Part shown: positions 11,405 through 17,563 of the stretch, one piece after another
Layout: every line of letters begins with the position of its first letter
Numbering within the stretch: the first letter of the stretch is position 1
From: Lingula anatina
Lineage: Eukaryota > Animalia > Brachiopoda
Assembly (NCBI GenBank): GCA_051362555.1
Contig: CM120643.1
Location: 30,068,494 to 30,086,056, forward strand
Direction of reading: 5' to 3'
Length of the DNA stretch: 17,563 nucleotides
Position numbers and translations under genes: made by a program
The notes under the pieces: model-generated
Told to the model about the DNA's origin: nothing
Databases searched by the model: none
What the model saw: the letters and a program-made list of their open reading frames with translations, nothing else

Positions 11405-14400
11405 GCTACTGTAACGTCATCTGCCCGAATAAAGAAATTCATAATATCACCTAATTTTTGATGCAACAGAATTAATCTCTTAACATGTCAATGTTTATTC
11501 CTGTATTATCTAAGCAGAGGAGAAAAAATCTTGACGAACTAATACCGATCCCCCTTAATCTTGAAGAAGAAACCAACAAGACGTCGATCTTTTTTCACAC
11601 GAAACGGGTCACGTTGCACAATTTACCCAAGTAAAAATGAAATGTATAGTTTGTGTGGTCTATAACTGCATGTCACCTACAAGATGTAATGGTGTGGAGT
11701 CTGGCAGTCTACACTTTTTTAAATAATGGCAGTAAGAAAAACAGCAATTGTTCGCTAGTGCCCCTCTTAGGCCTATCGTCGTGACTCAAATGAGTTTGGT
11801 TGATACTTAGAAGCACATGTCTGTACATGAACCCCATTTGTTGATATACATGCATTTATAGTAGTTTCAGTACATTCAGGGTACCTTCAGAAACAGTCGG
11901 GTTTTCAAGGGCGTGGCACAATATCTCAAACATTTGTCCTTCGGCTATAAGGTTCTGCATCATTGACCTACAGCTTTTAAAAAAATCAGATTTAGCACAA
12001 TTAATAAGACTAATGTGATCTTACTTTTTCACGTGAAGCTTATCTTATGTAGTAGTCTGTCTGGATTTACTTACAGGACCCGTTCGCAGAATTTCCCTTT
12101 AAATATAATTTAATGGACCAGTTTCGTTTACACTTGGCTAGTTTCCTTATAAAATCCCTTAGAAATTTAACGCCAAAGTATACCTTTGTACATTTCATCA
12201 CAGTGAAGGGATATAGCATGCCCATGGGGTAAAAGCACAATCTATTTAAGAAGAAAATACAATCTAAACATATCTTTCTGTAGCCGAGCCAAATTCTGAT
12301 ATTTTGAAGAAGAATTTCATCAAATCGAAGTTTTGACCTTTCTCAATGGAGATGCAAATAACATATGAAATCCGTTCCTTATGGCAGGGGCGGATCCAGG
12401 ATAATTTGAAGGGGGGGGGGTCCGCGGATGCAAAGCCGACCCCACCCCACTTGGCGTGGGGTTAGGGGCCTGTTGAAGGGCACCGAAAATTTTTAGTATT
12501 TTAAAGGGCGATCAGTGCCATTTGGTACAGTTTACAACTATGATTCAGCTAGTCAAAATTCTGATTTCAAGAGGGGGGCCAGAAATCGAAAGGGGGGGGG
12601 GTCAGAACCCCCCTGACCCCCCCTAAACCCGCCACTGCTTTTTATAGAATAATTAAAATAAAAATTCTTGTTTATTGAAATAACTAATTAAATAAGGATG
12701 TGTCTTGGCAAATGAAAATGTTAGTTCGTAATGTTTTTGATAAGAAATAGCTAGCTCACCTGCAAGAAGAAATAGCAACTTAATAAAGATGTCTGTATAG
12801 TCGATTTGGTCAAGCACAAGGTAAAGACTGAGAAACGGGTGCGGCAAATGACTGATCTCTGATCATGTGTTGTGGAGGACCTCCCTTTTACTTGAGGGGG
12901 ACCTTCCTTTTACTTGTGGAAGATCTCCCTTTTACTTGTAGGGGACCTCTTTATTATACCCCGACCCCACATAACATATCAGAACTATATCTTTTATAAT
13001 AAAACTCCAGGAAACTATGGGCTCACATCTTTGGATAACGCAATCTGATTACACTTTTTTATACTGTGGTCTCTGACAGTGAGAGAGAGAGCCAATCAAA
13101 TCAGAGGGTCACCACCTGCCAAAGTCAAAGACACGTGAGAAAGAATGAATAAAAGGGAAAAAGTAGGAAAAATAACCAATGAATATATGAGATGGTAATA
13201 ATCTTATACGTACAGCTATAAAGGGGACCGGTATGCCTTTATACCCCATCACACACAGATTTTACAGTGTACGTTTAATTCGAAATTTCCTTTTTGTGAC
13301 TACTAGTATATAAATATATTATAACCATTTAAAACGGCATGCTGAGTTTTTAAAGAGAAAGGTAGATTGATGCCGTTGACAGAAAAGACACAGCAATTAC
13401 TCCATTAATTTTAATACAATTTGAAAGTTTCTTTTGTGTGTGATTTGAAAATTTGATGTTAGCTGTTGCCAGTTATAAGGACGTTTTATGCACTATTACT
13501 AGTGCAAATCGCCACCCAGGCGGCTTTGATACATTGAACACAGACACACGCACACACAACTCATTCGTACTTATAGATATCAGACATAGAAAGGATAGAA
13601 AAAATTCCGAAAATAAAATTTTAATTTCTTATAAACCAGTCTCCCCAATTTAACAAACTTGCACTTTATACACCTTTAAGTTATTTTTGTGGTTAATAAT
13701 AGTTTTAAAAAGATCCTATACGTCCAAATGTGCACTACTGGAAGCTTGAAGAGATGGTTTTCTTGGCTGGTTAGCCCCACATTATCGTGAGACGATGGCT
13801 GTAGGCCCCAGGGGCGGATCCAGGATTATTTTTATATTATTTTTATTCGAAATTTCCTTTTTGTGACTACTAGTATATAAATATATTATAACCATTTAAA
13901 ACGGCATGCTAAGTTTTTAAAGAGAAAGGTAGATTGATGCCGTTGACAGAAAAGCTGACGCAGCACTTCGGAAATATTAATCCATTAATTTTAATACAAT
14001 TTGAAAGGATTTCTTGTGTGTGGTAAGTGAAGGTTTGATTGATTTACCTAGCTTTCACCAGTTTTATCATTTCAAAGAGATGACGTTATGAAAATTTGAT
14101 GTTTGCTGTTGTCAGTTATAAGGACGTTTTATGCACTATTACTAATGGATACGTCCAAATGTGCACTACTGGAAGCTTGAAGAGATGGTTTTTTTGGCTG
14201 ACTAACCCCACATCATCGTGAGACGATGGCCGTAGGCCCCAGGGGCGGATCCAGGATTATTTGAAGGGGGGTTCGCGGGTGCGAAAAGGACCCCACCCCC
14301 ACACCCATTTGGCGTGGGGTTCGGGGCCCGCTGAAGGGCCTCGGAAATTTTTGGTATTTTAAAGGGCGAACGGTGCCATTTGGTACAGTTTAGAACTATG

Positions 14401-15255
14401 ATTTAGCTAGTCAAAATTCTACAAGAAGGGACCAGAAATCAAAGGAGGGGGGGGGGGTCAGGACCCCCTGCCCCCCCTAAATCCGCCACTGCTATGGCGT
14501 GTTGAAATTCGAAACCAAAGGGGGCAATGATCCCAAGGTATATCTATCTGTGGAATTAGCTTGCATAAAGCTGTTCCCTCCCCGCCAGAAAAAATGGACT
14601 AAGATTGTAAATAAATAAACGATTCAGCAAAATAAATTAATTGGCGCATCCGAATGGAAAATATCCTGGCAAATTTTTCGGCTCTTAACAGTATGTTTGC
14701 GTCAATATAATAATTATTTTTTGCTTATCTCATTCCATAAGGTATGTTGCATTTTTCGTAGTTCACGCAAGAAAAAAAAATTGGAAAAAAGGAAAATGAA
14801 AACCATAAAGGTTAGCGACATTGGTGGATTGAGCTAAGAGTGGATTGGCTGAAAAAAGAACTTCGTTGTCAATTAATGTTATCTGTATGTGCTTTCCGGA
14901 GCTCCTAATAATCCGACGGCGAAGAGAGACAGCCACGAAAGTTGTACTAGTAGTAATGTAAATTATGGTAATAACGCCTAATACTACTTGTTAGTGTTTT
15001 TCTGAGAATCTGTCATATTTGTAATCTCTTTACAGGGAAGAGCGCCCATGGGAGAAATTACCAAACACTAGTTGCTACCGTAAGAAATGCCAGTCTACAA
15101 AAGACTGTTGCCAGCGCTACAACATTTGCGACCCATACGTTAAGATCTGCTACGATTGCTGGTACAAGTACCCGTGTAAGACTGACGCCAACTGCTGTCA
15201 GAAGTATCCCAACTGCAAGATAGGAAGGGACGGCAAAGGCCATTGTTATTCGTAA
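2502..15255 (+). CDS. Spliced CDS join(2502..2613,7410..7461,10293..10346,15036..15255): 145-aa secreted prepropeptide with tandem cystine-knot (ICK-like) domains
   Basis: Manual exon assembly gives canonical splice sites, compatible phases (1,2,2) and an uninterrupted reading frame. The architecture is coherent: signal peptide, acidic pro-region, KR, then a 90-aa mature region with 12 Cys. Confidence 0.88.
5262..5338. repeat. (TTTTC)n/poly-T tract abutting G-runs
   Basis: Pyrimidine tract 5262-5315 followed by ggggggagggggggtggtggtgg. Confidence 0.8.
5994..6235 (+). mobile_element. Non-autonomous Helentron/DINE-1-like element (HINE)
   Basis: Subterminal inverted repeats CTCCGCCAAGG (5998-6008) and CCTTGGCGGAG (6194-6204), a GTTT/GTCT microsatellite (about 6027-6050), a 3' hairpin GCGCTC-TCG-GAGTGC (6209-6223) and an end CTAG-TTTT. 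This is the established HINE layout. Confidence 0.8.
7089..7180. repeat. 43-bp tandem repeat, about 2.1 copies
   Basis: ctaata(g/c)aa(t/c)tttaacagttaaat(g/t)tcacagg(c/t)caaagt(t/c)aat repeats at 7089 and 7132. Confidence 0.8.
7410..7461 (+). CDS. Exon 3: acidic propeptide DNDDEIRPLEDTQEEEK(R)
   Basis: Acceptor ttacttctattttcag, donor AAG|GTAATA, 52 nt, phase 1 to 2. The AG|G junction completes the KR dibasic site. Confidence 0.82.
7713..7759. repeat. Poly-T (47 nt)
   Basis: Uninterrupted T run. Confidence 0.95.
9589..9642. repeat. (AT)27 microsatellite
   Basis: Perfect AT dinucleotide run. Confidence 0.95.
10293..10346 (+). CDS. Exon 4: QLYYPGVYDYWKKYWTK(K), aromatic/cationic N-terminal segment of the mature peptide
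   Basis: Acceptor atctttttattaatag, consensus donor GTAAGT at 10347, 54 nt symmetric phase 2-2, in frame with both neighbouring exons. Confidence 0.75.
10796..10982. mobile_element. Possible Kolobok-type MITE with TTAA target duplication
   Basis: TTAA|GGGGTATTG ... CACTACCCCACCC|TTAA. Short imperfect TIRs. The reconstructed empty site is the palindrome GTGCTTAAGCAC. Confidence 0.45.
11354..11403. repeat. C11-A39 compound homopolymer
   Basis: A C run directly followed by an A run. Confidence 0.95.
12385..12637. mobile_element. MITE copy A (253 bp), hAT-like termini
   Basis: Imperfect TIRs CAGGGGCGGATCCAGG ... CCTAAACCCGCCACTG with G/C-run subterminal regions. Homologous over its full length to 14240-14491. 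Confidence 0.8.
12870..12952. repeat. 22-bp minisatellite, about 3.8 copies
   Basis: Units similar to ttgtggaggacctcccttttac start at 12870, 12892, 12914 and 12936. Confidence 0.85.
13278..14262 (+). repeat. Diverged tandem duplication: unit 1 about 13278-13831, unit 2 about 13845-14262
   Basis: Both units start with attcgaaatttcctttttgtgactactag and end with gtaggccccaggggcggatccaggattattt. They differ by reciprocal indels. Confidence 0.9.
13809..13831. mobile_element. Truncated 5' end of the same MITE
   Basis: CAGGGGCGGATCCAGGATTATTT is identical to the start of copy B and has the same upstream flank. Confidence 0.7.
14240..14491. mobile_element. MITE copy B (252 bp), same family and orientation as copy A
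   Basis: TIRs CAGGGGCGGATCCAGG ... CCTAAATCCGCCACTG (13/16 match). Shares internal blocks with copy A, such as gtattttaaagggcga, gtgccatttggtacagttta and agctagtcaaaattct. Confidence 0.8.
15036..15255 (+). CDS. Exon 5 (last coding exon): two tandem C-C-CC-C-C modules, stop TAA
   Basis: Acceptor gtaatctctttacag. Translation is EERPWEKLPNTSCYRKKCQSTKDCCQRYNICDPYVKICYDCWYKYPCKTDANCCQKYPNCKIGRDGKGHCYS*, with 12 Cys in two ICK-type patterns and higher GC than the flanks. Confidence 0.92.
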
Positions 15256-16164
15256 TCGGCAGGAAGCCCCCTCACAAGATGTGTTATAATGAAAAATGGG
15301 TTTTGTCTTAGTTTAACATGTAGTATACATAATTTTCTCTTCACGTTGTACAGTTAAATGAATATTCGTTTTCCTTTACATGGATTTTTTTTTTACTTTA
15401 TACATCCATTATTATGCACGAACACAAGTCTAACTTTGTTTGAAGGCACTATGTTCTTTGGTAGACAATGATTTTATACATATGCAAAGCAATGGCATTT
15501 TGACTAAATCATACAAGCATATGCGCCGGGTTTGCAAGTTTGGTTCTTCTGACAGTTCGGAAAAGTCAACATAACAGTCCTCAAAATGCGTAGATCTATT
15601 GTTAATCTTAATATTGACAGAAATTTTGCCTGAGAACGAGGGGAATAGAAACAAACTGTTTCAGTTGAATATAAATTTATATTATAAATATATTGTTATA
15701 GATTTACCCTGCGTACCGGTACAATAGTATTTACGTTCGTGCATTTGGCTAAGTCGGAAAGTAGGGGATGTTTGAAGTAGCATAGGCTGTTGTACAGTAA
15801 TAATAATCTGCATGTAACGGCAACTCAGCAAGATGTATTTCTACAAGTCATATACATGTGCGGCACATCCAACAGTTTAGTGAACGTATTTCATCAGTGT
15901 CACAGTATTTTTTCTCTTTTAAGGTAAAAGTAGGTTTGTTTTGGGAAAAACGACGGATTGTGTGTCACACGTTTTGTGTATCACCTTTAATTGCTCTCGT
16001 CTCCATACAAGTTGTATTGTCTTACTGAGTTCATGACGTGTTTGGTACATTGAAAATGAAATCCACATAACTTCACCAGCCGTATTACATTTCATTTAGG
16101 TTAAGATATTAACTTTTTTGTTTTTAGAGAAAATTTTAACGATAACTGTTACTGTAAATTGGTC

Positions 16165-16170
16165 AATAAA
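16165..16170 (+). terminator. Probable polyadenylation signal of the double-knot gene (3' UTR about 0.93 kb)
   Basis: First canonical AATAAA I found after the stop codon. It is followed about 17 nt later by CA and a GT-rich ctgtgtttg. Confidence 0.5.
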
Positions 16171-16201
16171 TGGGCAAAAAACTAAGCACTGTGTTTGCCA
16201 G

Positions 16202-16228
16202 GAGAGAGAGAGAGAGTGAGAGAGAGAG
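16202..16228. repeat. (GA)n microsatellite between the two convergent polyA signals
   Basis: gagagagagagagagtgagagagagag. Confidence 0.85.
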
Positions 16229-16385
16229 CAAAAGCAGAAAGTAAAAAGTGTAAAACTTTTGAAACGTTAAATTCGAGATCGGAGTGCTGTTTTATCCAAC
16301 CGAGATAAATGTTCACTTCCCACACCTTAGCATATATAGATAAGAGCGACCACACCACCAGTTTCCTTGCAAAAAAAATGCGACA

Positions 16386-16391
16386 TTTATT
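16386..16391 (-). terminator. Probable polyadenylation signal of the C-type lectin gene
   Basis: TTTATT on + equals AATAAA on -, about 600 nt after the stop. It is followed on the - strand by T-rich and GT-rich (ggtggtgtgg) sequence. Confidence 0.45.
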
Positions 16392-16987
16392 CAAAAATAC
16401 TCAGTAAAGTACCCAGTAAATTGCCATTAGTTACAGAAACAAAAACCTTATATGACATGGTTGAGAACGTCTATGATATTCATTTGTGTCGATCGTGTGT
16501 CTGCTTTGTGAACTACAAACGCTCTTGCTATGTGTTTGAATGAAAAGGAACAACGGTATATCAAATGTCGTTCTATGGGGTCTATCAAAGACACATGACC
16601 TCTGTTATAACTTTTACGAGTAAACTCCATCAGTCTTCTTTTCCGTGACAAAAGTGACACATTCAGATACTCATTCAAACACAAGACAATCACAACTCAA
16701 TATGATTAATAGATCTTGATTCTGTGAACAGCTCTGGATGTGGTTTACCTTGTTGACTGTGGATAAAATGTTGACATTTCCAGAAAAAATGATTGAAGGA
16801 AAATTTTTTGGTATAGTTTTAAATCCCCAGACGAGCAAATGTTTCCATGGGTGACATTTCACTTTGGCCCCATTGTCTAAAACGAGATAGAAAGACTTAA
16901 TTGTCAGTAATCCAACTCTAGTTCAGTAAATCAGAGACAACGCGATCAAAATACACATGTACCTGAATGAAGAATCTGAACGGCTTC

Positions 16988-17244
16988 TCAGCAACTACAG
17001 CCATTGAAGTTTTTATCTATTTCACAGATGGATTGAAGGGTTGTCCAACTGCAAGGCACGTCATACCAAACACCTGAATTAGGTGTGAACGCAACGCAGA
17101 GCTCATTGGCATTATTTGGTTCATTCGTCGACCAGTTGATATAACTTAAAGTCGCGTTGCCTTTACTGGAGTGGACATAATTCTGGTTGTCGCCATCGAA
17201 GTCGTAGGCATCGTGCAGAGTAAATTGATTGGCGTCTCCGCTTT
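16988..17244 (-). CDS. Last coding exon of a C-type lectin domain protein (upstream exons not found in this window)
   Basis: Minus-strand acceptor catttaatgtttag (AG = 17246-17245), phase 1. Translation is SGDANQFTLHDAYDFDGDNQNYVHSSKGNATLSYINWSTNEPNNANELCVAFTPNSGVWYDVPCSWTTLQSICEIDKNFNGCSC*. CTLD hallmarks present: Y-x-N-W, EPNN, E-x-C-V, W-Y-D-x-x-C, I-C-E. Confidence 0.9.
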
Positions 17245-17563
17245 CTAAACATTAAATGATCAGTGACAGTAAAGTCATTAATTAATTAATTGGTCGAATA
17301 GCATATATATACATTTCATTTTGACACCAAGTGGGATATTGGTAAATTATAAATGCTCGAATTTGAAATGAATTGTTACTAAGTAGTTCATGTTTTTAAA
17401 ATAAATATACTCTGCGTAATTCGACTAGGCCCTGAAATGCAGAATCTTGTTGACATCATATCTTGATAAAAGTTTTGCATGTTTGTCATTTGATAAATGA
17501 CAGAAAAATATGCCATATCTCAACAACGAGGACCTCCATGAACGCATCCATGTTTTGTGTTTC

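Noticed and set aside
11517-11633. Possible extra exon after ctaagcag (RRKNLDELIPIPLNLEEE...)
   Set aside because: It is open only in phase 0. The phase-2 frame required by exon 4 stops after 7 codons.
12870-12952. Regularly spaced repeats as a possible CRISPR-like array
   Set aside because: The units are contiguous with no unique spacers, the context is eukaryotic, and there are no cas genes. It is an ordinary minisatellite.
15030-15051. KEER as a second, spider-type processing motif before the knots
   Set aside because: The Arg is followed by Pro, which normally blocks cleavage.
15058-15243. Minus-strand 61-aa hydrophobic ORF from the track
   Set aside because: It is the antisense shadow of the cysteine-rich exon 5 on the + strand.

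Overview
AT-rich eukaryotic (probably invertebrate animal) genomic DNA. The supplied ORF track misses both real genes because they are spliced. (1) On the + strand is an apparently complete 5-exon gene. It has TATA+Inr at about 2136-2172, a non-coding exon 1, and CDS join(2502..2613,7410..7461,10293..10346,15036..15255). All introns are GT-AG with matching phases 1/2/2. The predicted product is a 145-aa secreted prepropeptide: MAAFQIQSLHTWILALTLLVCLMMCTTRILA-SNLDGADNDDEIRPLEDTQEEEKR-QLYYPGVYDYWKKYWTKK-EERPWEKLPNTSCYRKKCQSTKDCCQRYNICDPYVKICYDCWYKYPCKTDANCCQKYPNCKIGRDGKGHCYS. That is a signal peptide, an acidic propeptide ending in KR, a Tyr/Trp/Lys-rich segment, and two tandem C-C-CC-C-C (inhibitor cystine knot-like) modules, i.e. 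a 'double-knot' toxin/defence/neuropeptide-like precursor that I cannot assign to a named family. (2) On the - strand, converging tail-to-tail, is the last coding exon of a C-type lectin domain protein (EPN, WYD, C-terminal CSC). The introns contain a Helentron/DINE-type non-autonomous element, two complete hAT-like MITEs and one truncated copy associated with a diverged tandem duplication, a possible Kolobok-type MITE, and several micro- and minisatellites.
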